Of a stretch of 64,000 nt of DNA, positions 47,210 to 57,824 are shown in pieces. A program made the translations under genes and the position numbers. Source of the stretch: a virus. Where the stretch lies: positions 26,896 through 90,895 of IMG/VR virus record IMGVR_UViG_3300013126_001527; one strand, given 5' to 3'. Under the pieces are notes generated by a model that saw nothing but the letters and a program-made list of their open reading frames with translations, was not told where the DNA came from and did not search any database. Position 1 is the stretch's first letter; each line of letters begins with the position of its first letter.

Positions 47210-47911
47210 ATGTTTTATGTATATGCTTACTTGAGAACTAAAGACTTAACCCCGTACTACATTGGAAAGGGTAAAGATGACAGAGCGTGGCAAAAATCAC
47301 ATTCTGTTATTGTTCCTAAGGACCTTAGTAGAATTGTTATGTTAGAATGTAATTTATCAGAGGTGGGGGCCTTTGCTATTGAACGTAGAATGATTCGTTG
47401 GTATGGGCGCAAAGATTTAGGTACAGGTATATTACATAATAGAACAGATGGCGGCGATGGTGTAGCAGGTATTATTCCGTGGAACAAGGATATACAGATT
47501 GGATCATTTTTAACTGACGCAGGACGAAAGAAAATTAGTAAAGCAAACAAAGGCATTAAAAAAGATCACGGTGCTAAAATTTCTGCCGCGTTAAAGGGTA
47601 AAACTAAATCCGAAGAACATAAACAGAAGTTAAGTGATGCTGGTAAAGGAAAGGCTCCGTGGAATAAAGGTCTTACTAAAGATGATAATGAACAAATACA
47701 AAAATATTCAGAGTCACTCAAAGGTCGTTGCTTTACTGCCGAGCATCGTGCTAAACTAAGTGAAGCTCACAAAGGCAGAGCAAATACAGACGAACAGAAG
47801 GCAAAAATAAGTGCGAAGTTAAAAGGAAGAGTTATGTCCAAGGAGACTAAACGAAAAATGTCAGAAGCAAGAAAAAAATTATGGGAAGAAAAGAAAAATG
47901 GAAAGAGATAA
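47210..47911 (+). mobile_element. Free-standing GIY-YIG homing endonuclease with NUMOD3 repeats
   Basis: YVYAY...YYIGKG; conserved E and N (LHNRTDGG); repeats [34 protein letters not shown]. Confidence 0.85.
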
Positions 47912-49472
47912 TTTAACAGCCAAGCAGTTAGGGTCTGATGGGCAAAGCCAATACGCCGTTTTTCTTCCAGCACTTAGTGGCTTCTATGCTACCTATGTAG
48001 GTAAGCAACGTTTTCCAGATGCTAACGGCAACACCTATGTTGAAAGCTCACGTGTACCTACATTGTTTGAACATGGTATAGAAGGTCTCAACTGGCTCAA
48101 TCCAGATGCTGGCTACTTTCAATATCACTGGAGTTTGTACTCAGCAGGTCACGCAGAACTAGACGTAAACAAACACAGTCCAAAAGAAGATATGGTACGT
48201 AATCGCAATCGTAGTACTAGTTTTATCCTAGGCGATTCGGGTGGTTTCCAAATTGGTAAAGGTGTTTGGGAAGGAGATTGGAAAAATCCTAACTGTCCTA
48301 AAGCACAAAAGAAGCGCGAACTAGTTCTTACTTGGATGGACGCATATATGGACTATGGTATGTGTTTAGATATCCCTGCTTGGGTAGCTCGTAGTCCAGC
48401 AGGTCGTGCAGCTACAGGTATTAACACCTATGATGAAGCTGTACAGGGCACTTACATTAACAATGATTGGTTCGTTAACAACCGCACAGGTGCTTGCAAA
48501 TTCTTAAATGTTCTACAAGGTGAGAATCATGCGGATGCTGAAGATTGGTATCAACGCATGAAGAAATACTGTGATCCTAAGCAGTACCCAGGTCGTCATT
48601 TTAATGGTTGGGCCATGGGCGGACAGAATATGTGTGATGTACACTTGGTACTTAAACGTCTGGTGGCTATTCGCTTTGATGGATTACTACAAGAAGGTAT
48701 ACATGATTGGATGCACTTTTTGGGTACTAGTAAACTAGAGTGGGCTGTGTTATTAACAGACATTCAACGTGCTGTTAGAAAATATGTCAACCCAGCATTT
48801 ACCATATCGTTTGACTGTGCAAGTCCATTTCTAGCCTCAGCTAACGGACAGATATACATTCAAACAGAAATTGAAGATCGTAGCAAATGGGTATATCGTA
48901 TGGTTCCTAGCGTCGATGATAAGAAGTATGCACTAGACACACGTAAGTTTAGTGACGCTGTCTTACAAGACAAGGTGTTTGAAAACTTCACAGATAGTCC
49001 TATCAGCAATCGTATCAACATCAATGATGTCTGCTATTATGCCCCAGGTGACCTAAATAAGATTGGCAAAGAGGGTAAGACTAGTTGGGATTCATTTAGT
49101 TATGCTATCCAAATGGGCCATAATGTTTGGAGTCATATTAACTCTGTGCAGGAAGCTAATCGTCAGTATGATCAAGGTGTTGTACCTAAAATGTTAGTAC
49201 AAGAAACATTTGATCGTGTGTACTTTAAAGATGTAGTTGATCAAATCTTTGCTGCAACAACACGTGCGGCTGCAGAACAAATCATCGAAGATAACAGTAA
49301 GTTTTGGATGACGATTATCGGTACACGTGGTGCGACAGGTAAGAAAACTGTTAATGCTAGCACTATGTTTAACAGTTTATTTGAAACAGAAGAACCAGAA
49401 GAGCACCACATCGACGATAGTGGCTTTGACGAAACTAACTTAGATAACTTAGAAGAAGGACTAGGAGAGTAA
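47898..49472 (+). CDS. dpdA: DpdA-like DNA-guanine transglycosylase (TGT fold)
   Basis: [27 protein letters not shown]; clustered with folE, queD and queE. Confidence 0.8.
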   Translation: MERDNLTAKQLGSDGQSQYAVFLPALSGFYATYVGKQRFPDANGNTYVESSRVPTLFEHGIEGLNWLNPDAGYFQYHWSLYSAGHAELDVNKHSPKEDMVRNRNRSTSFILGDSGGFQIGKGVWEGDWKNPNCPKAQKKRELVLTWMDAYMDYGMCLDIPAWVARSPAGRAATGINTYDEAVQGTYINNDWFVNNRTGACKFLNVLQGENHADAEDWYQRMKKYCDPKQYPGRHFNGWAMGGQNMCDVHLVLKRLVAIRFDGLLQEGIHDWMHFLGTSKLEWAVLLTDIQRAVRKYVNPAFTISFDCASPFLASANGQIYIQTEIEDRSKWVYRMVPSVDDKKYALDTRKFSDAVLQDKVFENFTDSPISNRININDVCYYAPGDLNKIGKEGKTSWDSFSYAIQMGHNVWSHINSVQEANRQYDQGVVPKMLVQETFDRVYFKDVVDQIFAATTRAAAEQIIEDNSKFWMTIIGTRGATGKKTVNASTMFNSLFETEEPEEHHIDDSGFDETNLDNLEEGLGE

Positions 49473-49473
49473 T

Positions 49474-49656
49474 ATGGATCGTATAGCACTAGAAGATGAA
49501 CTATCAGAATTGGAACAACATCATCAAAGACTTGACGAAAACATCAAAAGAGGTTATACTAATTACTTAGATGATGCTAATTTAGGCAAGATGAAGCAAG
49601 AGAAACTACAAATTAAACGATCAATTGAATCCATTAGACGACAACTAGGCTTATGA
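49474..49656 (+). CDS. Small coiled-coil protein (DUF465/YdcH-like)
   Basis: LEQHHQRLD...MKQEKLQIK. Confidence 0.55.
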   Translation: MDRIALEDELSELEQHHQRLDENIKRGYTNYLDDANLGKMKQEKLQIKRSIESIRRQLGL

Positions 49657-50183
49657 AGCGCGAATATACAATAGGTATAACTGAACAACCTGTAAGATTC
49701 TTTACAGGCATTGAAATTGAACGCACACCGGCGCATGGTATGCGTACACTATTTGTAACAGGTGTACAACCTGTTGATGAGATTTTAAAGTTAGCTGCAG
49801 ATAACGATTGTACGCATATCTACTTTGGTGCTAATCAGAGTTTCCCTAATCTTCAAACAGATGATGCTGATGCGTGGCGTCCGTGGGAACGCATGATAGA
49901 TCAATGTTTAGATGCTGGTTATTGGTGTACCTTAGACTTTGATGTTAGCGTAGTGCAAGGTGTACTTGAAATGCCTGTTATTGGGCATAATAGATTTATT
50001 CCGCAGATTTCGGTTAAATTACCATATTTACAACAGCTAGGTTACAATGCTACAATTAAGTTAGACGATTTAGATTTTAATTATTCCAACCCGGGCGTTT
50101 GGTGTCATACCTTACATTCATTAACCACTAGAGAATCTTTTACCAATTGGGATCAATATGGTAAAGATGAAATTATTAAATGA
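49653..50183 (+). CDS. Hypothetical protein in the dpd cluster
   Basis: 176 aa; RTLFV, HIYFGANQSF, NPGVWCH. Confidence 0.7.
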   Translation: MKREYTIGITEQPVRFFTGIEIERTPAHGMRTLFVTGVQPVDEILKLAADNDCTHIYFGANQSFPNLQTDDADAWRPWERMIDQCLDAGYWCTLDFDVSVVQGVLEMPVIGHNRFIPQISVKLPYLQQLGYNATIKLDDLDFNYSNPGVWCHTLHSLTTRESFTNWDQYGKDEIIK

Positions 50184-50620
50184 TACAAGCAGAACGTGAA
50201 CAAATAGAACGCATCAAAGATGCCGCACGCAGACAAATCTGGGTGACTTTCCGTCGTGAAGGTGTTCACTGTTATCCAGATGCTGCTGTTAACCCACAAC
50301 TTAAAACTGGAGATCAGTATGATGTATCGTTTCTTGCTAGCCCTCATCGCCACATTTTTCATTTCCGGGTGTCAATCGACGTGTTCCACAACAACAGAGA
50401 CATCGAGTTCATCCAATTCAAACGATGGCTTGAGGCCCTGTATGTGGGCACTTTAGAACTAAACTATAAGTCATGCGAGATGATTGCAGACGATTTATAT
50501 GAGCAAATAGCAGGTCGCTACCCAGGTAGAGATGTTGCTATTGAAGTTTCAGAGGATGGTGAAAACGGGTGCACCATTGTCTATAATCAAACCCGTCCTT
50601 ATCAATCAGTCACTGTTTAG
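50180..50620 (+). CDS. QueD paralogue, DpdL-like putative CDG decarboxylase
   Basis: LASPHRHIF matches the LxxxHRHxF signature; RDIEFI, SCE, VSEDGENG T-fold motifs. Confidence 0.65.
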   Translation: MIQAEREQIERIKDAARRQIWVTFRREGVHCYPDAAVNPQLKTGDQYDVSFLASPHRHIFHFRVSIDVFHNNRDIEFIQFKRWLEALYVGTLELNYKSCEMIADDLYEQIAGRYPGRDVAIEVSEDGENGCTIVYNQTRPYQSVTV

Positions 50621-50630
50621 GAGATATATT

Positions 50631-50819
50631 GTGGCAAAGCTAGCTAAATTAGCAAAAGTAAATGACTCGTTCACTATTAATCGTTATGATAACGGTTGGA
50701 TGGTGGAAGTTGGTGGTCGTGATAAAAAAGAAGATTGGAAAACTACTAAGTTTTTATGTAACACAGAAGCAGAGTTGTTTGAACTAATCAAAGAATACAA
50801 CACAATGGAAATTGAATAA
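50631..50819 (+). CDS. Small hypothetical protein
   Basis: GTG start after AGGAG; FTINRYDNGWMVEVGG. Confidence 0.65.
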   Translation: MAKLAKLAKVNDSFTINRYDNGWMVEVGGRDKKEDWKTTKFLCNTEAELFELIKEYNTMEIE

Positions 50820-50829
50820 GGAGAGAGTA

Positions 50830-51063
50830 ATGGCTTCACAACCAAAATGGCTTCCAAAATACCTACGTATGAGCCCAGAAGTAACCAAGATCTACAATGA
50901 CTTGGACGCATGGTTGAACTACTGTCGTTTCCGCATGATCAAATTTGACGAAGCGGATTTGTACCGTAGTCCAGAGTATAAAGAGTGGCAAGAACGCCGC
51001 AAGAAACGCCAGCAATGGCAACAACGTAATGGCCAGACTGGTGGCTATCAGGGGCGTCGCTAA
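50830..51063 (+). CDS. Small hypothetical protein
   Basis: MASQPKW...FDEADLY; RBS upstream. Confidence 0.65.
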   Translation: MASQPKWLPKYLRMSPEVTKIYNDLDAWLNYCRFRMIKFDEADLYRSPEYKEWQERRKKRQQWQQRNGQTGGYQGRR

Positions 51064-52148
51064 TGGCCAAGGTCTTTTTAGTAGACCTTGAATCGGTCGA
51101 GACAAGGTACACAGCTCAATGGAAGAGTCATGTGCCCAATCTCTTAGAGGAACACGGACATGAAGTGTACGTTATTTCAGGGCCGCACGATATTCCAGCG
51201 GCTACAACTCCTGGCGCTTTTCTTAACTTTGGCGGCACGAACATTTATAAAGCGGCACAAGTCGAACGAATGGCTAGACTCTTTACACAAGGAGGGGTTA
51301 AAGCCGGAGATCATTTCATTTTTACAGATGCTTGGCACCCTGGAATTATCAATCTTAAGTATATGTCTGAGTTGCTTGGTATTCCTGTTGTGATTCACGC
51401 ACTCTGGCATGCTGGTAGTTATGACCCGCAGGACTTTTTAGGTCGCTTAATCGGTGATGCTCCTTGGGTGCGCTACAGTGAAAAAGCATTCTTTAGTGCT
51501 ATAGACCATAACTATTTTGCCACAGACTTTCACATTAATATGTTTGTTAAAAACCTATTAGAAGTACCAGATGGTAGAATTACTAATGTGGCAGGTAGTC
51601 TAATGCGCGAAGATAAAATTTTGCGCACAGGTTGGCCTATGGAGTATATGCCTAGTGTATTATCTCATTATAAGAATCAACCTAAACGAGACTTAATCTT
51701 ATTTCCGCACCGCATCGCGCCAGAAAAGCAATTAGAAATATTTAAAGATCTCGCTGAAAAATTACCGCAGTATGAATGGGTAGTGTGCCAGGAACAAAAC
51801 CTAACTAAAGAAGAATACCACAGTTTATTGAGTAAAGCTAAAATTGTTTTTAGTGCAAATCTACAAGAAACACTAGGTATTAGCATGTATGAAGGTGCAT
51901 TAGTTGATGCAATTCCTTTGGTTCCAAGTAGGCTAAGTTATATGGAAATGTACGATTATCAATTCCAATATCCTGGAGAATGGACAGAAAGCTGGGCAAA
52001 TTATCAACAGCACACTGATAAAATGATTGAAAAGATAGTTGACTCTGTCGAATCATATGATACTATCAGACCATCAATAGAACGTCAAGCGCAACGATTG
52101 ACTGAACAGTTTTTTTCAGCACAGGCCCTCTTAGAAAATATTCAATGA
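51063..52148 (+). CDS. GT-B (GT4-like) glycosyltransferase
   Basis: FPHRIAPEK and ETLGISMYEG (E-x7-E); WHAGSYDP. Confidence 0.8.
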   Translation: MAKVFLVDLESVETRYTAQWKSHVPNLLEEHGHEVYVISGPHDIPAATTPGAFLNFGGTNIYKAAQVERMARLFTQGGVKAGDHFIFTDAWHPGIINLKYMSELLGIPVVIHALWHAGSYDPQDFLGRLIGDAPWVRYSEKAFFSAIDHNYFATDFHINMFVKNLLEVPDGRITNVAGSLMREDKILRTGWPMEYMPSVLSHYKNQPKRDLILFPHRIAPEKQLEIFKDLAEKLPQYEWVVCQEQNLTKEEYHSLLSKAKIVFSANLQETLGISMYEGALVDAIPLVPSRLSYMEMYDYQFQYPGEWTESWANYQQHTDKMIEKIVDSVESYDTIRPSIERQAQRLTEQFFSAQALLENIQ

Positions 52149-52723
52149 CCTTTGATAAAATTCTAAAGTTTGAACAGGCATTGGGCGCATTTACAGGTGC
52201 GCCTTTTGTCGTCATGACTGATTGCTGCACACATGCCTTAGAGTTATGTTTACGTTACGAAAAGCCTATTAACTGTGCATTTACAGCATACACGTATCTG
52301 AGTGTGCCTATGACCATGCGCAAGTTAGATATTGAATACAGACTAATTCCAGAAGAATGGACTGGTGAATATCAACTACACGGTACCCGTATCTGGGATA
52401 GCGCACGTAAGCTACAGTTAGGTATGTATCGCAAAGGTCAGATGCAGTGCTTAAGTTTTGGGCACGACAAACCGTTGAGCATTGGTCACGGCGGTGCTAT
52501 TTTATTAGATGATGAGCGGGCATACCGTACACTAATACGTCAGCGGTATGACGGGCGTGACTTGTCTATAAGCCCATGGCAAAATCAACAGGTGTTTGAA
52601 GTGGGCTATCACTATCGTCCGACCATTGAAGATGCAGAACGTGGATTAGAATTATTAGCTACCGTAGACCAAAAACCTAAATACAAACAATATCCCGACT
52701 TGCGTGAAATTATTTTCAAATAG
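52145..52723 (+). CDS. Shortened DegT/DnrJ-family PLP aminotransferase
   Basis: CCTHALEL, IWDSA, CLSFGHDKPL (PLP Lys), GHGGAIL; only 192 aa. Confidence 0.75.
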   Translation: MTFDKILKFEQALGAFTGAPFVVMTDCCTHALELCLRYEKPINCAFTAYTYLSVPMTMRKLDIEYRLIPEEWTGEYQLHGTRIWDSARKLQLGMYRKGQMQCLSFGHDKPLSIGHGGAILLDDERAYRTLIRQRYDGRDLSISPWQNQQVFEVGYHYRPTIEDAERGLELLATVDQKPKYKQYPDLREIIFK

Positions 52724-52724
52724 T

Positions 52725-52754
52725 TTGACAACGGTCTAAATAAACCTATATACT
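52725..52754 (+). promoter_or_regulatory. Sigma70 promoter with nested TAAATA upstream of folE
   Basis: TTGACA-18-TATACT enclosing TAAATA. Confidence 0.6.
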
Positions 52755-52797
52755 ATTATTAACTATCCCAATCCACTGGGTAAACATCGGAGTAGAA

Positions 52798-53493
52798 ATG
52801 ACAAAATATACAGTAAGTGAATCAATTCGTAATAATCTACGAGCAAATAACAAACGTTTCTGGGCAGGCGACAACATCTCAGAATACATTACAGAAGAGC
52901 AGAAACAACTATTAATCGACGAAGCAACACTAGCGTTTGAAGGTGTGCTGGATACACTATTAATTGATCGCGAAACAGATCCTAACAGTTACGGCACGGC
53001 TAGACGTTTAGCTAAGATGTACTTTAACGAAATTATGGCAGGTAGATATGATCCAGCACCTGATGCTACAGCTTTCCCAAATGATAGTGAAGATAGATAC
53101 GAAGGTATGCTTGTGGTTCGTAGCGAGTTACGTAGTATGTGCTCACACCACCATCAACCTGTCAGCGGAGTCGCTTATATTGGAATTATTGCCGCTAACA
53201 AACTTATTGGCCTATCTAAATACACTCGGATTGCTCAGTGGTGTGCTCGCCGTGGTACACTACAAGAAGAGCTTGCGAATGATATCACGCGAGAGATTAG
53301 TCGAGCGACTGGCAGCAATAACGTAGCAGTATATATTCAAGCAACGCACGGTTGCTGTGAGAATCGTGGCATTATGGCACATTCAAGTTTAACTCAAACT
53401 ACAGTATTAACAGGTGCATTTAAAACTGACCCCAATACTAAGAAAGAGTTCTTTGACAACATTAAACTACAACAGGAGTTTGCTCCAAGATGA
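52798..53493 (+). CDS. folE: GTP cyclohydrolase I
   Basis: SMCSHHHQP, IGLSK, LQEEL, HGCCENRG. Confidence 0.93.
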   Translation: MTKYTVSESIRNNLRANNKRFWAGDNISEYITEEQKQLLIDEATLAFEGVLDTLLIDRETDPNSYGTARRLAKMYFNEIMAGRYDPAPDATAFPNDSEDRYEGMLVVRSELRSMCSHHHQPVSGVAYIGIIAANKLIGLSKYTRIAQWCARRGTLQEELANDITREISRATGSNNVAVYIQATHGCCENRGIMAHSSLTQTTVLTGAFKTDPNTKKEFFDNIKLQQEFAPR

Positions 53494-53819
53494 AATGGTT
53501 AGATAGTTGGATTCAACGTTGTTACAATCGCGCACGCAGCCGTGACGAAGCTCAAAGTATTATGTTAGATGAGAATCCTAGACGTGGTCGTGGAAGAATT
53601 AGCCCTGTATCTAGTAGCACAAGTAGAGTTGAACATAACTACGATGACCGTAGTGTAATTACTTTTAAGGTATTTGGTGCCAACGGCGGTATGATTGTAG
53701 AGACCAATCGTTATGATGAAAAGCGTGATACTGAAGCCATTGGCAGATATGTTATCAGTGACGATGCTGACCTAGTAGAAAGCCTAGGCAAGATTGTTAG
53801 CATGGAATACCTACGCTAA
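53490..53819 (+). CDS. Hypothetical protein
   Basis: 109 aa, coupled. Confidence 0.65.
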   Translation: MKWLDSWIQRCYNRARSRDEAQSIMLDENPRRGRGRISPVSSSTSRVEHNYDDRSVITFKVFGANGGMIVETNRYDEKRDTEAIGRYVISDDADLVESLGKIVSMEYLR

Positions 53820-54145
53820 TGATACATTTGCCGCCAGGGGTTACCATCAACCGTAATGCTAGAATTGTCGTTTGGGCAGTTACTCCAGAAATGATCGATT
53901 GGTGGCAACATGTTGGTGGAAATATCAGTGTAGAATCTTGGTATGATGCTAAAGGTAGAGAACAGCAGACTACAGTATTACAATTTGGGCGAGCTAAACC
54001 AAGTTACAAAATGCAAACAGGCACCGGTGAAGTTATTATTAATTTCAATCAAGAAGATTCAAATACAGCCTTAATGTTTATTATGAAGTTCAGTGATGAA
54101 ATCAACACACACAATTTAAGAGAGTACACAGACTATGTCTATTGA
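53819..54145 (+). CDS. Hypothetical protein
   Basis: 108 aa, coupled. Confidence 0.6.
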   Translation: MIHLPPGVTINRNARIVVWAVTPEMIDWWQHVGGNISVESWYDAKGREQQTTVLQFGRAKPSYKMQTGTGEVIINFNQEDSNTALMFIMKFSDEINTHNLREYTDYVY

Positions 54146-54671
54146 AAAAGTATATTACGATTATATCAAAATCCAAGAATGGGTAAACAAAATCTCATTC
54201 CAAATGTTTAAAGATAAGTGGCGCCCAGATTACATTGTGGGCTTAACACGCGGTGGTCTAATTCCTGCGGTTATGATGAGTCACGCATTAGATGTTCCTA
54301 TGCACACGTTAGAAGTTAAACTACGTGATCATGAGAATACAGAAAGCAACTTATGGATGGCAGAGGATGCTTATGGGTACGGTGGTAGTTTTGATGGCAG
54401 ACCTATTCACGATGAATACAAGCAAAAGAACATTCTTATCTTAGATGATATCAATGACACAGGTGCTACATTAGATTGGATTATTCAAGACTGGCAAGCA
54501 AGTTGCTTACCAAACAGCGAACGGTGGGCAGATGTTTGGGGTAACAATGTTCGATTCGCTGTTTTAATTGATAACCTGAGTAGCAAATTTAGTAGAAAGG
54601 TTGATTATTGTGCAAAAGAAATTAACAAAGCAGAACGAGACGTTTGGATCGTCTACCCTTGGGAACGTTAA
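54135..54671 (+). CDS. Type I phosphoribosyltransferase (xanthine-guanine PRT-like)
   Basis: VGLTRGGLIPA, ILILDDINDTGAT PRPP loop, WIVYPWE. Confidence 0.85.
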   Translation: MSIEKVYYDYIKIQEWVNKISFQMFKDKWRPDYIVGLTRGGLIPAVMMSHALDVPMHTLEVKLRDHENTESNLWMAEDAYGYGGSFDGRPIHDEYKQKNILILDDINDTGATLDWIIQDWQASCLPNSERWADVWGNNVRFAVLIDNLSSKFSRKVDYCAKEINKAERDVWIVYPWER

Positions 54672-54673
54672 GA

Positions 54674-54703
54674 TTGACACAAAGACTACTAGTGTGTTAC
54701 AAT
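54674..54703 (+). promoter_or_regulatory. Sigma70 promoter
   Basis: TTGACA-18-TACAAT upstream of queE. Confidence 0.55.
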
Positions 54704-54761
54704 ACTTAGATGGGTATGAAACTACAGACTATCTTGAAAATCAATATAACAGGGCTTATCA

Positions 54762-55631
54762 ATGAAATTAAAAGTTAGTGAAATATTTTATTCAGCACAA
54801 GGTGAGGGTCGTTTTGTTGGCGTACCGAGTGTATTCTTGCGTACATTTGGCTGCAATTTTACGTGCAGCGGTTTTGGTATGCCTAGAGGTACAATTAGCA
54901 CTGAAGCAGACGAAGTTGCTAAAACTGTTACACTATACAAAACATACGAAGACCTACCATTAGTCAACACAGGGTGCGATAGCTATGCGTCATGGCATCC
55001 TAAGTTTAAAAGTTTAAGCCCAACCTATGACACATCTGAAGTTATTAGTAAGATGTTGGCCTTGACCCCAAATAATCGTTGGGCGCAGGACAATGGCAAT
55101 GATGTACACTTGGTTATCACAGGTGGCGAGCCATTGTTAGGTTGGCAAAAAGTATACCCTGAGATGTTAGAAGCAATTGAAATGCGTGACCTAAAGAACA
55201 TTACATTTGAAACTAACGGTACTCAAGAACTTAGCGAGGACTTTAGACAATACTTAGATCAGTGGCAGTATGGTGACTCAAGTGGTGGCGAACGTGAAAT
55301 TACATTTAGTGTAAGTGCCAAACTAAGTCCAAGTGGAGAGAAGTGGGAAGATGCTATCAAACCAGAGATTGTAACAAGCTATCAAGAGTTTGGTACTACA
55401 TATCTTAAGTTTGTAGTTGAGCGTCCAGAAGACTTTGAAGAAGTTGAAGCGGCGGTATTTCAATATCGCATAGCTGGGTTTACTGGAGCAGTGTACATCA
55501 TGCCAGTGGGTGGGGTTGTTAGCGTTTACGATGGCAATAAATTTAATGTAGCTGATGAAGCTATGCGTCGTGGCTATTATTACAGTCCACGTCTACATGT
55601 AGACTTATGGGGTAATTCGTGGGGCAAATGA
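54762..55631 (+). CDS. queE: 7-carboxy-7-deazaguanine synthase (radical SAM)
   Basis: EIFYSAQGEG, FLRTFGCNFTC...GCDS, ITGGEPL, ETNGT, PRLH. Confidence 0.88.
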   Translation: MKLKVSEIFYSAQGEGRFVGVPSVFLRTFGCNFTCSGFGMPRGTISTEADEVAKTVTLYKTYEDLPLVNTGCDSYASWHPKFKSLSPTYDTSEVISKMLALTPNNRWAQDNGNDVHLVITGGEPLLGWQKVYPEMLEAIEMRDLKNITFETNGTQELSEDFRQYLDQWQYGDSSGGEREITFSVSAKLSPSGEKWEDAIKPEIVTSYQEFGTTYLKFVVERPEDFEEVEAAVFQYRIAGFTGAVYIMPVGGVVSVYDGNKFNVADEAMRRGYYYSPRLHVDLWGNSWGK

Positions 55632-55978
55632 CCTTAGAGCAAGTAGTATACGCAACACTAATATGGTCATTGCTGATTTCCGTCTCTTATAGTCATAGCG
55701 GACTTAAAAAAATCAAAAATTGCTATGGCATGTGGTTCCGCCAAAGCTATTGGACAAACTATAACATTGTTGAGTTTGCTAGTTGGCTAGCCAAGGCAGT
55801 GATTATTGTCCCTGGGCTAATTTTTAGCGTACAAATTTGGTGGCTGTATTTCGTTACATTAGTTACTAGCTTGTCACTTATTTGGGCTAGTAATAAAAAA
55901 CTACTTCCTACCTTAGTTGGATTTAACACTGTTTGGGTTTGGATCAGTTGTATGGTATTGTCGCAGCACATTTTTTAA
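55628..55978 (+). CDS. Integral membrane protein
   Basis: Several hydrophobic helices; KKLLPTL loop. Confidence 0.65.
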   Translation: MTLEQVVYATLIWSLLISVSYSHSGLKKIKNCYGMWFRQSYWTNYNIVEFASWLAKAVIIVPGLIFSVQIWWLYFVTLVTSLSLIWASNKKLLPTLVGFNTVWVWISCMVLSQHIF

Positions 55979-55987
55979 AAGGAACAT

Positions 55988-57103
55988 ATGGGTTATTATT
56001 TTACAAGCGAGAGTGTCAGTGAAGGGCATCCAGATAAAGTAGCAGACGCTATTAGCGATGCTGTTTTAGATCTAATAATGCGTGACGGTGATCGTGCAAA
56101 ACGTTGTGCCTGTGAAACACTTGTAACTACCAACCGTGTTGTGTTGGCGGGTGAGTATAAAGGTATTTTACATGCAGAAGAAGTTGAAAGTGCTACACGT
56201 AAAGTTATCAAAGACATTGGGTATGAGCAGACTGGATTTGATTGGCGCACTGTTGATATTACTAATCTATTACATGGACAAAGTGCTGATATTGCTCTTG
56301 GTACTGACCATTTTGGCGCAGGTGACCAAGGCCTAATGTTTGGCTACGCTATTAACGAAACGCCAGACCTAATGCCAAGTGCTATCTATTATAGTCACTT
56401 AATTGTTAAAGAACTAACACGCCAACGTAAAGGTGGGCAAGCATGGCTAGGTCCAGATGCTAAATCACAGGTAACTATGGAATACAATGATGACGGCACA
56501 GTAAAGCGTATTGCTAAAATTGTTTGCTCAACACAACATGCCGATGATGTTGACATTGAAAATGTTCGCAGAATGGTTAAAGAATACATTACTGCAATTT
56601 TACCTGGAGAACTACTTGATGATAGCACAGAGTATCTTATTAATCCTACTGGTAGGTTTGTTATTGGCGGTCCTGATGGAGATACTGGACTTACCGGGCG
56701 TAAAATTATTGTCGACACTTACGGCGGTTATAGCCCTCACGGTGGCGGTGCTTTTAGCGGCAAAGATCCCACTAAAGTAGATAGATCATCTGCCTACATG
56801 GCTCGATACCTTGCGAAAAATATTGTAGCTAGTGGACATGCAAAGAAAGCAACTGTACAGATTAGTTATGCTATTGGCGTTAAAGAACCAACTAGCCTAT
56901 ATATTAATACTCACGGACATGGTGATGACGGTTGGTTAACCAATTGGGTTCGTAAAAATATTGATCTAACACCGTTAGGCATTATAAATAGATTTGCTAT
57001 GTTCCGTCCTATCTATAGCGAAACTACTAACTACGGGCACTTTGGTAAAGCTAATTTACCGTGGGAACAAACAGATTTAGTTGACTCACTTAACAAGGAA
57101 TAA
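55988..57103 (+). CDS. metK: S-adenosylmethionine synthetase
   Basis: FTSESVSEGHPDK, GAGDQG, GGGAFSGKDPTKVDRS, YGHFG. Confidence 0.97.
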   Translation: MGYYFTSESVSEGHPDKVADAISDAVLDLIMRDGDRAKRCACETLVTTNRVVLAGEYKGILHAEEVESATRKVIKDIGYEQTGFDWRTVDITNLLHGQSADIALGTDHFGAGDQGLMFGYAINETPDLMPSAIYYSHLIVKELTRQRKGGQAWLGPDAKSQVTMEYNDDGTVKRIAKIVCSTQHADDVDIENVRRMVKEYITAILPGELLDDSTEYLINPTGRFVIGGPDGDTGLTGRKIIVDTYGGYSPHGGGAFSGKDPTKVDRSSAYMARYLAKNIVASGHAKKATVQISYAIGVKEPTSLYINTHGHGDDGWLTNWVRKNIDLTPLGIINRFAMFRPIYSETTNYGHFGKANLPWEQTDLVDSLNKE

Positions 57104-57104
57104 T

Positions 57105-57566
57105 ATGGGATTATTTGATAAAATCACAGGAAAAGCACGTCGAACTGAAGAAGCACGATTAAAGGCTGTAGCAGAAGCAGAAGCTATTGCTAAAAAAGAA
57201 CTACAGGCCAAAAAACGTGCCGAAGCAAAAGCTAAAAAGGATGCCATTAAAGCGGCCGAAGCCGATAGCCCCAAGGCACAGGCAACTGCTAAAGGTGAAC
57301 CGTGGGTGTCAATTTTGAACATGGAATTAAATCCTGAAGACCCAGGACAAGGTGCCTTTGAGTTGGATTGGAACGATAAATTTGTAGCTAATTTAGTTCG
57401 CGCAGGCTATCAAGGTAAAACTGATGCTGATATTGTAGACAACTGGTTTCAAACCATCTGTCGAAATGTAGCATTGGAAACTTACGAGCAATACCAAGCA
57501 GATCCTGAACAGCGTAGAAATAACAATCGTCGAGATTTGGGCGACGGAAGAACGGAGATAAGTTAA
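57105..57566 (+). CDS. Hypothetical protein
   Basis: Start MGLFDK; K/A-rich helix; GAFELDWN. Confidence 0.7.
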   Translation: MGLFDKITGKARRTEEARLKAVAEAEAIAKKELQAKKRAEAKAKKDAIKAAEADSPKAQATAKGEPWVSILNMELNPEDPGQGAFELDWNDKFVANLVRAGYQGKTDADIVDNWFQTICRNVALETYEQYQADPEQRRNNNRRDLGDGRTEIS

Positions 57567-57793
57567 TGTCTAAGGAACAAAAAATTAAAGAAATAATTGC
57601 TGCCAGCATTGATAATATTACTTCTGGTGACATTAAAAACGAACAAAGATTGAGCGAACTGGGTGCAGATAGTTTAACTGCTATTGAAATTATTGTAGGG
57701 CTCGAACATGAATATGATGTTGAAGTCCCAGATGATTTTGACCCTAATAGTACTGTTCAAACACTAATAGATTTTATTAATAATAATTCTTGA
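57566..57793 (+). CDS. acpP: Acyl carrier protein
   Basis: 75 aa, acidic; LGADSL phosphopantetheine site; TV..LIDFI. Confidence 0.85.
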   Translation: MSKEQKIKEIIAASIDNITSGDIKNEQRLSELGADSLTAIEIIVGLEHEYDVEVPDDFDPNSTVQTLIDFINNNS

Positions 57794-57818
57794 CACTTAT
57801 TAGAAAAGAAAGTATAAT
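57790..57818 (+). promoter_or_regulatory. Consensus sigma70 promoter
   Basis: TTGACA-17-TATAAT; ATG 6 nt downstream. Confidence 0.8.
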
Positions 57819-57824
57819 GTTTAC

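Noticed and set aside
52766-52795. preQ1 riboswitch upstream of folE (CCCA-ATCCAC-TGGG hairpin whose loop could pair with the SD)
   Set aside because: The stem is only 4 bp with a 6-nt loop and lacks the preQ1-I loop and A-rich tail consensus, so it is too weak to call.
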